Shown: positions 54,931 through 63,088 of the stretch, piece after piece
How positions within the stretch are numbered: position 1 is the first letter of the stretch
Layout of the letters: each line of letters opens with the position of its first letter
From: a virus
IMG/VR virus record: IMGVR_UViG_3300045988_138996
Location: 165,775 to 229,774 of that record
Length of the DNA: 64,000 nucleotides
Direction: 5' to 3' (one strand)
Notes under the pieces: generated by a model
Told to the model about the DNA's origin: nothing
The model's database searches: none
The model's input: the letters and a program-made list of their open reading frames with translations, nothing else
Made by a program: the position numbers and the translations under genes

Positions 54931-55644
54931 ATGGGCTCGATATTACTTGCCGAAGAAGAAACAATTGTCCTTTCGACAATATATGATTATGTTGCACAAA
55001 ACCCAACATTAAAATATAACAATATTTATTATCCTGATTCTAAGTATTCCAATATTCAAGTTAATAGAATTTATACATTAGATAATTCTATTATTGTTAA
55101 TATAGAATATACAATTATAAATAATAAAAAAATAAGAGCATTCAGATTAGATCAGGATACTAATACTATTAATTTTGATGATAATATCGATCCTAAATTT
55201 ATTAAAGATATTATGTTTTTACCAGGTGTCGTAAATTTTAAATTTATCGAAACATATAAAAGTAAAATTATATCAGAATTCGCTTTTCTAGTGCGAGATT
55301 GTTATCTTTTTAGAATAAATAGTGGCTATGATTTTTACTATAAATTTTTGTATATATATGCTGATAAATTTAGCGATATAAATAACGGTCCGATGTTTGG
55401 CAGTGATGTTATGTATTCGTCAGAAGAATTAGCTATTCGATTTTTAAAAAACGGATCGATATGTATTGTAGAAAATAGTAATAATTGTAAATATAATGAA
55501 AATGTAGGATTAGTACCATTATATATAATGGAGTATTTAATGCAAGGGTATTATTTAGATGTATTACAAATTCAAAGCGATGTCAAAGAATTTAGACGAC
55601 AATCAGAAGAAAACGCTAATAATTGGATCGCTGTTAATAGATAA
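54931..55644 (+). CDS. Hypothetical protein
   Basis: 237-aa ORF. Confidence 0.6.
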   Translation: MGSILLAEEETIVLSTIYDYVAQNPTLKYNNIYYPDSKYSNIQVNRIYTLDNSIIVNIEYTIINNKKIRAFRLDQDTNTINFDDNIDPKFIKDIMFLPGVVNFKFIETYKSKIISEFAFLVRDCYLFRINSGYDFYYKFLYIYADKFSDINNGPMFGSDVMYSSEELAIRFLKNGSICIVENSNNCKYNENVGLVPLYIMEYLMQGYYLDVLQIQSDVKEFRRQSEENANNWIAVNR

Positions 55645-55945
55645 TAATGAATATTTCATTAATAGTATTCCTGTCGATAAAAAGACTATAGGTCAATCAA
55701 CTGGATTAAAAGATAAACATGGTCAAGAAATATTTATTAACGATATTATTCATTTTAAAGCAAATTATGGTGATTTTATATTAGAATTAGCTACAGCTAC
55801 TGTCGGATTCGATGAATTAAATGGACGCCTTGCTGTTAAGATGAATGACAACATATTGGCATTATGCGACATGAATTATAGTAATGTCGAATACGAAGTA
55901 TTGGGAAATATATGGGAAGGAAAGATACATGAACAGAAACTTTAA
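55559..55945 (+). CDS. yopX: YopX-family protein
   Basis: YKFKAM N-terminus, TIGQSTGLKDKHGQEIFINDII and YEVLGNIWEG fit the YopX pattern (GQyTGlkDknGkeIyeGDi ... eViGNi). Confidence 0.65.
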   Translation: MYYKFKAMSKNLDDNQKKTLIIGSLLIDNNEYFINSIPVDKKTIGQSTGLKDKHGQEIFINDIIHFKANYGDFILELATATVGFDELNGRLAVKMNDNILALCDMNYSNVEYEVLGNIWEGKIHEQKL

Positions 55946-56312
55946 AGCCCGTTGTTTAAAAGATAGATCTTGGAAAACTGGTTTTTATTTGATTAAAAAG
56001 AAAGAACCATGTATTAAAGATATTAAAAATGTATGGCCGGTACATGAACAAACGATTTGTCAAAGTACTGGTTATATCGATTGTAATAAAAAAGAAATTT
56101 TTTTAGACGATTTAATTAATTTTGAAGCAACAATTAATGGCATTGAATTTAAATTAGAAAATTTGCAAGTATTATTCGATATTCCCAAAGGTAAATTAGT
56201 CTTATTCTCTGGAGACAAAACAATTGATTTTGTAAGTCCAGATTATGAAAATCCACATTACGAAGTTGTCGGAAATATCTGGGATAACATTGCGTTACCA
56301 AAAAAGAAGTAA
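55929..56312 (+). CDS. yopX: YopX-family protein (second paralog)
   Basis: ggaaggaaag SD. NFKARCL, TICQSTGYIDCNKKEIFLDDLI, YEVVGNIWDN. Confidence 0.65.
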   Translation: MNRNFKARCLKDRSWKTGFYLIKKKEPCIKDIKNVWPVHEQTICQSTGYIDCNKKEIFLDDLINFEATINGIEFKLENLQVLFDIPKGKLVLFSGDKTIDFVSPDYENPHYEVVGNIWDNIALPKKK

Positions 56313-56359
56313 TATAATAGGTATATAAGCTTATAATTTTTTAATAAGAAGGTATACCT

Positions 56360-56710
56360 ATGAATTACAAAAAACTTTTAGAAGACTGTGATTTTATTAA
56401 AGTAAAGCAAACAGTCGAAATTCGTCCTCACGACGGAAACGAAGGCTTTTTTGAATATGTAAACCATATTTTTAAAAGCGTAAATAACGGTCATCGTTAT
56501 GGCCCAGCAGTTAAAACTAACGTGTTAACTATGTATAATCGCGGCAACTATATTGCTTGCGAAATGGGCGATCAACGTATCGACATCCGTCGAAACAAAA
56601 TCGTTATTTATGTTCCTGGTTTAAAAGCTAGTAACGAAGAAACATATAGAAAATATGCTGTATGTAATATCGGTGTATTAAACTATATATATAATTGTAA
56701 AAAGTACTAG
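56360..56710 (+). CDS. Hypothetical protein
   Basis: aagaagg SD. Confidence 0.6.
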   Translation: MNYKKLLEDCDFIKVKQTVEIRPHDGNEGFFEYVNHIFKSVNNGHRYGPAVKTNVLTMYNRGNYIACEMGDQRIDIRRNKIVIYVPGLKASNEETYRKYAVCNIGVLNYIYNCKKY

Positions 56711-56831
56711 CTTTTAAATAAAGAATCCTAATATAATATATTAGGCCTAAGACGTAGGATGCAAGGTGTGAGATAACCTAGACATAGCGTTGATCTTAGG
56801 AGAGCCGTCAGCGAAATGTTGCCGGACATTA

Positions 56832-56870
56832 AGAGCGGTCATCAGTAGCTAAGATGGTCGCTCTTTTTTA
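56832..56870 (+). terminator. Rho-independent terminator
   Basis: agagcggtcat/atggtcgctct stem with two G-U pairs that work only on +, then T6. Confidence 0.7.
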
Positions 56871-56890
56871 TTTTAACGAAAGGAAATTTC

Positions 56891-57169
56891 ATGCGTAATA
56901 AAATTATAGTATTTACATTTTTACAATTACTAGCTTTATTTACAATTTCACATGCTTGCGCATGGGATAATCCTAATAAACCAGAAATTAATACAGGTGT
57001 ATATGCATTAAAAACAGCTATGATTGGTGCATATATGAATGGGTTTAATGATGGTAAGAATGGTTTAAGTAAAGATGAAGAATATACTAACGGTGATTAT
57101 AAAGACTTTTTAAATTTTTATGATGAAGGCTATTACAAAGGCCGAGTATTCGAATATCAACACAGATAA
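56891..57169 (+). CDS. Small secreted protein (paralog of 57741-57968)
   Basis: AACGAAAGGA leader. Signal-peptide-like N-terminus. GFNDGKNG and YDEGYYKG motifs. Confidence 0.6.
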   Translation: MRNKIIVFTFLQLLALFTISHACAWDNPNKPEINTGVYALKTAMIGAYMNGFNDGKNGLSKDEEYTNGDYKDFLNFYDEGYYKGRVFEYQHR

Positions 57170-57171
57170 TT

Positions 57172-57744
57172 ATGTCTAATACTATTAAATGGTTAATGAT
57201 TGTTAGCCAGGCTATTTCTAATCTTATATTTGGGTTTACGACACCAGTCGTCCATGTTTATTTTATGAGTTTGGTCGGTCCGAATATATATAGCTTAGCT
57301 AATTTTATCGAAGCAGGATTGGCTGCTATCGTAAATAGTTTGTTAAGCAATCAAAAGTATCGTCATTACTTTAAACAATTTGCTTTATATTTTTTAGCTT
57401 TAGATAGCATATTATATATAATTATAATATTTTTAGGTATAGAGTATATTAATGTTCGATTTATCGGACTAGCAATTATTAATAGCTTGTTAAATAATAT
57501 TTGGTTTATTATGTTAAGCGATGTATTAAATAAGAATATTAGTGGCGATGAATTAACAAATTTTAAAGTTCTTCAACGAAGCTGGATGCTTTGGGGTAGT
57601 TTAATAGGATCTGGAATCGGTGTTTGGATTAATAATTCTATATCGATAGAATTTGCTTTGGTTTTGCAAGCTTTATCGACAGTAATGATTGCTATTTGTG
57701 ATGGCTATTCATTTAAAAAGTTAGAAAGGTCGGTTGATAAATGA
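57172..57744 (+). CDS. Multi-pass membrane protein
   Basis: 5-6 hydrophobic segments. Confidence 0.6.
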   Translation: MSNTIKWLMIVSQAISNLIFGFTTPVVHVYFMSLVGPNIYSLANFIEAGLAAIVNSLLSNQKYRHYFKQFALYFLALDSILYIIIIFLGIEYINVRFIGLAIINSLLNNIWFIMLSDVLNKNISGDELTNFKVLQRSWMLWGSLIGSGIGVWINNSISIEFALVLQALSTVMIAICDGYSFKKLERSVDK

Positions 57745-57968
57745 GGCTATTAATTTTAATTACTTGTTTTGTTTCGTTATTTAGTATGTGCGAAGCACGA
57801 AGTATTACTAGCTATAATTGTACATATGAAGAACAACAAGAAGCATTGGCCGAATATCATAGTTTTGTAAGTGGCTTTGACGATGGCTTATATAATTATA
57901 CTAATATTTATTATTCTGACGATAACTATAAAATGGGTTATCGGTTAGGAAGTGCTCATCGGAGGTGA
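57741..57968 (+). CDS. Small secreted protein (paralog of 56891-57169)
   Basis: ATGA overlap. Signal-like N-terminus. GFDDGLYNY and YKMGYRLG motifs. Confidence 0.6.
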   Translation: MRLLILITCFVSLFSMCEARSITSYNCTYEEQQEALAEYHSFVSGFDDGLYNYTNIYYSDDNYKMGYRLGSAHRR

Positions 57969-57972
57969 TTAA

Positions 57973-58176
57973 ATGAGTTATGAAGTTTTAGTTACTATCG
58001 GTGTTATTGCTGTTGCATTTTTTGCGACAATATGTTTTGTCGTGCATCAAGTATTCGAAACACGACGTATGCGTATCCAATATGAAGGTGGATATACAGA
58101 AGCTGAAATTAAAGAAATTTTACATGCAGAAATTGATCCGTTGTTAGAAACTGCAAATAAGAAAGGTTCTAAATGA
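57973..58176 (+). CDS. Small single-pass membrane protein
   Basis: ggaggtga SD. One TM helix. Confidence 0.6.
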   Translation: MSYEVLVTIGVIAVAFFATICFVVHQVFETRRMRIQYEGGYTEAEIKEILHAEIDPLLETANKKGSK

Positions 58177-58535
58177 AATATTGTATCGAAGACGATTATA
58201 ATGATTTATTAAATTTATTATTTCAAATGCAAAAACAACAAGCTTCTGGTACAGTATATGTTTTAGTTGTTAATGAATTACATATTGTCGATACTGAATT
58301 AATTGCTTGTAATAATAATATTCAGGTTAAATTTAAGGTATCTGAAGAACCGAAAAAGAAAGCTGAAAAATTCAAAGAATATCAATGTTTTTTGTTTAAA
58401 TCAGATTTTGATGAAGGTGTATTTAAAATCTTTGTTGAAGATAAACTTAATACAAGTGTCGAATTAGAAATTATCGAATTGCTAACAGAAAAATTATATA
58501 GTTATAATACGATTAGAGATATGAAAGGAAATTAA
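58173..58535 (+). CDS. Hypothetical protein
   Basis: ATGA overlap. Confidence 0.6.
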   Translation: MKYCIEDDYNDLLNLLFQMQKQQASGTVYVLVVNELHIVDTELIACNNNIQVKFKVSEEPKKKAEKFKEYQCFLFKSDFDEGVFKIFVEDKLNTSVELEIIELLTEKLYSYNTIRDMKGN

Positions 58536-58536
58536 C

Positions 58537-58929
58537 ATGGAAGTTAAACTTAACGATAACTTTAAATGGTTTTTAGAAAGTTTATTAAACGAAGGTTTCG
58601 ATCAATTCTTTATTGATGATATGTACGGTGCTGTATTTACTAAAAATGGTAAAGTTAGACCTATTGATTGTGCTAATTTTATTACGAGCAACTTATATAG
58701 TGCTTGCCCTGATTTAAAAGAAAATACTGAATATAATATTAAAGATTTTATTGAAGGTAAACTTATTAATAATAATTTTGAATTCGGCGATAAAATTATT
58801 GTAAAATTTAATGGTCAAGAATATGAAGGTATCTTCGTTAGAAAAAGAGGCGAAGCCAATATTGTTGTTATTAAAGAATTTAATAATCAATTGGCTGTTA
58901 CCAATAAAGCTATTAAAAAAGCTGAATAA
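58537..58929 (+). CDS. Hypothetical protein
   Basis: aaaggaaa SD. Confidence 0.6.
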   Translation: MEVKLNDNFKWFLESLLNEGFDQFFIDDMYGAVFTKNGKVRPIDCANFITSNLYSACPDLKENTEYNIKDFIEGKLINNNFEFGDKIIVKFNGQEYEGIFVRKRGEANIVVIKEFNNQLAVTNKAIKKAE

Positions 58930-58951
58930 TTAATTAATAAAGGTGAAAAAA

Positions 58952-59164
58952 ATGAAGGAATTTATTTTAGATAAACTTAAAGAAGCTATCGATCCTAAAG
59001 ATCCTAAGAAAGCTTTAAAATATTTAGGCGAAACGATTACTCGTGAGCAAATGTATACGTATATCGTTAATAAAATTATTGATCAAAAAGATAACGAATG
59101 TGTATATATGCCAATGCCAACTATTTACAATCTATTTATGAGTTTTATTAAGATGCTAAAATAA
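58952..59164 (+). CDS. Small ORF ending 3 nt before the IStron left-end hairpin; possible exon 1 of an interrupted gene
   Basis: aaggtga SD. The TAA stop at 59162-59164 lies at the element boundary. Confidence 0.5.
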   Translation: MKEFILDKLKEAIDPKDPKKALKYLGETITREQMYTYIVNKIIDQKDNECVYMPMPTIYNLFMSFIKMLK

Positions 59165-59166
59165 TA

Positions 59167-59186
59167 TTCATGATTTTTATCATGAA
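59167..59186 (+). repeat. Left-end subterminal hairpin
   Basis: ttcatga-ttttta-tcatgaa. Confidence 0.6.
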
Positions 59187-59189
59187 ATA

Positions 59190-59625
59190 TATTTTAACAA
59201 AATAGTAAGCCTATTGGGAAACTAGTAGGTAGTGACGTTCTTACGCGTCCAACAAAGACACTGAATTGCTGGAAACCCCTAAAGCTCAGAGTACTTATAT
59301 ATATGTTTAATATATAATGAGTTACGAAAGTAGAAATAAATCTTTGAGATAAAATATGGTTAAATCCTAAGTTTTGTTAAGCAATGGGCAATCAGCAGCG
59401 AAGCCGGTGGCGACTTGTCGCCGGAACGTTCAACGACTAGACCTCGTGAGGGTCGTACACTACAAGTCTATAATGGTAGTGGAAGTGGTGTCGCCTAAGT
59501 CGTATCTATTACGATATGGATAAGATATAGTCTGTGCTCATGTGAAAGCATGAGATGCGCGTAATGGCGCTGGCTAGGAAGTGACGATCCTAGCTGAACG
59601 AGACCTCGAATTGATTTTAGAAATA
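59190..59625 (+). ncRNA. Group I intron catalytic core
   Basis: P element AATTGCTGGAAA (59264-59275), Q AATCAGCAGC (59390-59399), R GTTCAACGACTAGA (59428-59441), S AAGATATAGTCT (59522-59533). GACTA/TAGTC can form P7. GC-rich P6/P8/P9-like hairpins. Confidence 0.85.
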
Positions 59626-59729
59626 TGATTCTAAAATGTCCTGGAAAAGTTTTACTGAAAATTTGTTTTTCTGGCAAAAATATGTTATAATTATCTCGTA
59701 ATATAATATTAGAAAGCGAGGTGATTATA

Positions 59730-60983
59730 ATGTATCTAACAATAAAACAACAAGTAAAACATTTAACTAAAGAAGAATATAATATTTTAAGAGAATTGTC
59801 TAGAATAGCTAAGAATTTAACTAATCAAGCAATATATAATGTTCGACAACATTATTTTCAAGAAAAACAATATTTAAGATATGAAGCAAATTATCATGAA
59901 ATGAAATATCTTGAAAATTATAAATTATTAAATGCTAATATAGCTCAACAAACACTTAAAGATGTTGATATAATGTTTAAATCATTTTTTGCTTTAATAA
60001 AATTAGCAAAACAAGGTAAATATGACTTTAAACATATTAAATTACCTAGCTATTTACCTAAAAATAGTTATTCAAATATAGCTATTAGTCAAATTAGAAT
60101 TAAAAATAGTATTTTAACAATTCCATATTCTAATACTTTTAAAAGAAAAAAAGAAGTTAATAAAATTCAAATTAAGATTCCTAAAGTATTAGAAGATAAA
60201 AAAATAAAACAAATTCAAATTATTCCTAAATTTAATGCTAGGTTCTTCGAAATTCAATATACATATGAAATCGAAGAAGAAAATTTAAAATTAAATACTA
60301 ACAATGCACTAGCTATTGATTTAGGTGTAAATAATTTATGTACTTGTGTTACAAATACAGGCAAATCTTTTATTATTGATGGAAGAAAGTTAAAATCTAT
60401 TAATCAATTCTTTAATAAACAAAATGCAAACTTACAATCTATCAAAGACAAACAAAATATTAAACGACAAACAAAACAACAATATTTAATTTCTCGCAAG
60501 AGAAAAAATAGAATTGATGATTATATTAATAAAACCTGTCGATATGTTATTAATTATTGTTTATCTTACGATGTTGGTACTTTAGTTATTGGATATAATC
60601 AATCATTTCAAAATAAAACTAACTTAGGCAAAAGAAATAATCAAATTTTTACACAGTTACCATTTGGTAAGATTCGTGAAAAATTAGAATATTTATGTAA
60701 ACGATATAATATTAATTATATCTTACAAGAAGAATCTTATACTTCTAAAGCTAGTTTCTTTGATAATGATGAGTTGCCTATATATAATGCTGATAATCCA
60801 CAAACCTATGAATTTAGTGGCAAGCGTATTAAAAGAGGTTTATATCAAACTAAAGATAAATATCGTTTTAATGCAGATTGTAACGGAGCATTAAATATTC
60901 TTCGCAAAAGTAAAGCTGTAGACTTAACTGTCTTATGCAATAGAGGCGAACTGGACACGCCTAAAAGAATAAGGATCTCTTAG
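59730..60983 (+). CDS. tnpB: TnpB (IS605 OrfB-type RNA-guided nuclease family), variant lacking the zinc finger
   Basis: gaggtga SD. RuvC motifs ALAIDLGVNN (D), LQEESYTSKAS (E), FNADCNGALNILRK (D). No CxxC pairs between E and D. Confidence 0.85.
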   Translation: MYLTIKQQVKHLTKEEYNILRELSRIAKNLTNQAIYNVRQHYFQEKQYLRYEANYHEMKYLENYKLLNANIAQQTLKDVDIMFKSFFALIKLAKQGKYDFKHIKLPSYLPKNSYSNIAISQIRIKNSILTIPYSNTFKRKKEVNKIQIKIPKVLEDKKIKQIQIIPKFNARFFEIQYTYEIEEENLKLNTNNALAIDLGVNNLCTCVTNTGKSFIIDGRKLKSINQFFNKQNANLQSIKDKQNIKRQTKQQYLISRKRKNRIDDYINKTCRYVINYCLSYDVGTLVIGYNQSFQNKTNLGKRNNQIFTQLPFGKIREKLEYLCKRYNINYILQEESYTSKASFFDNDELPIYNADNPQTYEFSGKRIKRGLYQTKDKYRFNADCNGALNILRKSKAVDLTVLCNRGELDTPKRIRIS

Positions 60984-61012
60984 AAGATCAAACTTCTTAA
61001 TAAAATAACTTT

Positions 61013-61438
61013 ATGTTATTTTTAGAATCATATGACTTTAATCATATGAGGTTCAGTCAAGATATGTGTGATGAACCATATAAACTATTAAGCGATATTA
61101 TTCAAGAAAAACCAAATCTTGAAATTAAAAAGCTTAAAGAACTTGAAACTAAGGAAGTTGAAACTGTCGGCCCGGTTGCAAAATATTTGCTCAACAAATT
61201 TAATCTTGAAGATTATGATGACTTCAGAAAAAAATATATTGATACAGATTTTGAATATCGTTGGTATCCATTGTTCGTAAAATATATTTTAGAAAAGAAT
61301 AATGGTACAGCTAAAAAGTTCGAATTATTAAGCCCGTTCTACGCTCCTAAAAATAGTACGAGCGATTACGACCTTTTTGCTCCTGAAGATTTCGAAGTTA
61401 TCGACGATTATCAATTCGCCGACGAAAGGGACAAATAA
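61013..61438 (+). CDS. ORF continuing out of the IStron right end; possible exon 2 of the interrupted gene
   Basis: The first ~12 codons are encoded by the right-end hairpin. Same frame (mod 3) as 58952-59164. Confidence 0.5.
   Translation: MLFLESYDFNHMRFSQDMCDEPYKLLSDIIQEKPNLEIKKLKELETKEVETVGPVAKYLLNKFNLEDYDDFRKKYIDTDFEYRWYPLFVKYILEKNNGTAKKFELLSPFYAPKNSTSDYDLFAPEDFEVIDDYQFADERDK
61028..61049 (+). repeat. Right-end subterminal hairpin
   Basis: tcatatga-ctttaa-tcatatga. Confidence 0.6.
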
Positions 61439-61446
61439 AATTTATA

Positions 61447-61620
61447 ATGCGTTTAGTTTATAATAATAGAGTCTATCACATGGTCTATCTAACAGATGCC
61501 GTATTAAAAGACGGTATTTATGTTAGTGAAGGCTTATGTGAAGACGGTAAATCTTATATTATTAATTGGGAGGATAAAGATTTTGACATAGAATATCCTA
61601 GTTCAATTTCTTTAGCATAA
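61447..61620 (+). CDS. Small protein (57 aa), below the ORF-track cutoff, uncertain
   Basis: Read by hand: MRLVYNNRVYHMVYLTDAVLKDGIYVSEGLCEDGKSYIINWEDKDFDIEYPSSISLA. Weak SD. Confidence 0.35.
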   Translation: MRLVYNNRVYHMVYLTDAVLKDGIYVSEGLCEDGKSYIINWEDKDFDIEYPSSISLA

Positions 61621-61699
61621 ACTGAGTAATATATGATTGCCAGTACTGTTAAAATATACATAAGTGTGCTGGTTTTTTAGTATAACGAAAGGAAACAGC

Positions 61700-61969
61700 A
61701 TGAGCGCATCCTTTGTAATATCGATTATCCAGTTACTCATGCTTATGGGGACTTTCATACTTTGTATAGCCTCTATTTTGATAGTGGCTGGAATATTCGA
61801 TCTTCTTTGTTCTAAAGAAGAAATACGTAAAAAAGAAATTGGGACACAGTTAACATGGAGTATTGTCGCATTTATTGCAACATTATTTTTCATCTACATA
61901 TTATTCGATATACAAAATTTAATCGAAATTAATATGGTGCCTCAACCTCCATATGGACCGTATCGGTAA
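61700..61969 (+). CDS. Small two-pass membrane protein
   Basis: AACGAAAGGA leader before ATG 61700. Confidence 0.6.
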   Translation: MSASFVISIIQLLMLMGTFILCIASILIVAGIFDLLCSKEEIRKKEIGTQLTWSIVAFIATLFFIYILFDIQNLIEINMVPQPPYGPYR

Positions 61970-62108
61970 AACTATCGATTGTATTTTTGAATTAGTGTTT
62001 TTTAGCCTTGGAGATGGTTGAAATCGCTGATTTTCATGTCGCCCTACGATTTGTTGTTAATTTTAACAGCAATAGGAAGACGAAACAGAAAGTTAGAGGA
62101 TCAAACAT

Positions 62109-62426
62109 ATGAAGATTTTAAAAACTGTATTTTTTGCTTTTACGTTAATGCTAGGTATGCTTTGCATGCCTAACGCTAATGCTACTGAATTAACTGCGTA
62201 TACGCATACAGGTAGCGTTATGGCTAACGGTGAATGGCCATATGAGGGCGCAGTTGCTAGTAACGATTATGCTCTCGGTACAATTTTAAATATTAATGGC
62301 TACAATTACGTAGTTGCTGACCGAATGGCGCCAGGCATTCATGGAGTTATTGATATCTTCATGAATGACTATGATCGTGCAATTCAATTCGGTCGTCAAT
62401 ACGGCGAAGTATACGTCGTAAGTTAA
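62109..62426 (+). CDS. Secreted 3D-domain (MltA/RlpA-like barrel) cell-wall-binding protein
   Basis: agagga SD. Signal peptide. TAYTHTGSVMANGEWPYEGAVASNDYALGTILNINGYNYVVADRMAPGIHGVIDIFM fits the 3D-domain pattern. Confidence 0.6.
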   Translation: MKILKTVFFAFTLMLGMLCMPNANATELTAYTHTGSVMANGEWPYEGAVASNDYALGTILNINGYNYVVADRMAPGIHGVIDIFMNDYDRAIQFGRQYGEVYVVS

Positions 62427-62570
62427 TATAATCGATCCATTTTACGTATTATTACTCTCCCGTTAGTACTGGATACTAATCCAGCACATGTATATTTTTA
62501 ATTTTAAATATTTTTAATTGCTGGTTCTCGTCACAGCAACTGTCAATAAATAAGGATAGGCGTATTTCTT

Positions 62571-63086
62571 ATGAATAATTTACTAAAAGATTTGTCGGCA
62601 TTTGGATATGCCAAAGCTCTCGGCCTTCGGACGAGATTTTTAAGTCGTGAATTTTGGACATCGTTTGCATTTACTGTTATTTTTTTAGCTAATATGATTG
62701 CTTTTGATCAATGCAACAATATGATAATGTTTCATTTAACAGTATTGTCTTTACCATATTTAATTGTGTTATTTGTATTAAATGCAATTTATCATAATAC
62801 GGTTATGTATCTACTTAGCAAAGTAAAACGTGTCGACGAAGAAAATGAACTATATTTAGCTAGTATTGCTGGCTATGCTATTTTAAATAATATCATGAAT
62901 GCTGTTGGCATTCTATTTAGTATGACCGGATTATTTTATTATTCCGGTTTCGACCAAGGGATTTTAATGAATCCTATTTTATTTGTGTTCATTGTATTCC
63001 TTGTTATTTTTAATACCTATATTTGTTTAGCTAATATGGTAAACGGATTTAAAGTATATTTAATTATAAGAAATCAAGAGGAGTAA
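62571..63086 (+). CDS. Multi-pass membrane protein
   Basis: aaggatagg SD. 4-5 hydrophobic segments. Confidence 0.6.
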   Translation: MNNLLKDLSAFGYAKALGLRTRFLSREFWTSFAFTVIFLANMIAFDQCNNMIMFHLTVLSLPYLIVLFVLNAIYHNTVMYLLSKVKRVDEENELYLASIAGYAILNNIMNAVGILFSMTGLFYYSGFDQGILMNPILFVFIVFLVIFNTYICLANMVNGFKVYLIIRNQEE

Positions 63087-63088
63087 TT

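Larger units (their letters stand above)
59158..61056 (+). mobile_element. IStron: group I intron fused to an IS200/IS605-type TnpB module (no tnpA); boundaries approximate
   Basis: 5' group I intron core, tnpB ORF, and subterminal hairpins at both ends (59167-59186 and 61028-61049). Confidence 0.75.

Noticed and set aside
59495-59677. Minus-strand 60-aa ORF upstream of tnpB
   Set aside because: It lies antisense within the group I intron P9 region and has no SD.
2880-59705. GTAATATA as a genome-wide promoter core (seen at 2881, 22762, 56309 and 59698 on +, and in the three class B 12-mers on -)
   Set aside because: By a rough composition-based estimate, an A/T-rich 8-mer like this should occur about ten times by chance in 64 kb on both strands. 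Only the extended contexts (the 12-mer GGTATATTACTC, and TGTAATATA immediately after two terminators) are reported, with low weight.
59158-61056. Autonomous IS200/IS605 element with a TnpA (Y1 transposase)
   Set aside because: No HUH/Y1 transposase ORF is present between the ends or nearby. The only ORF is tnpB, so the element is non-autonomous, or mobilised in trans or by intron-type mobility.
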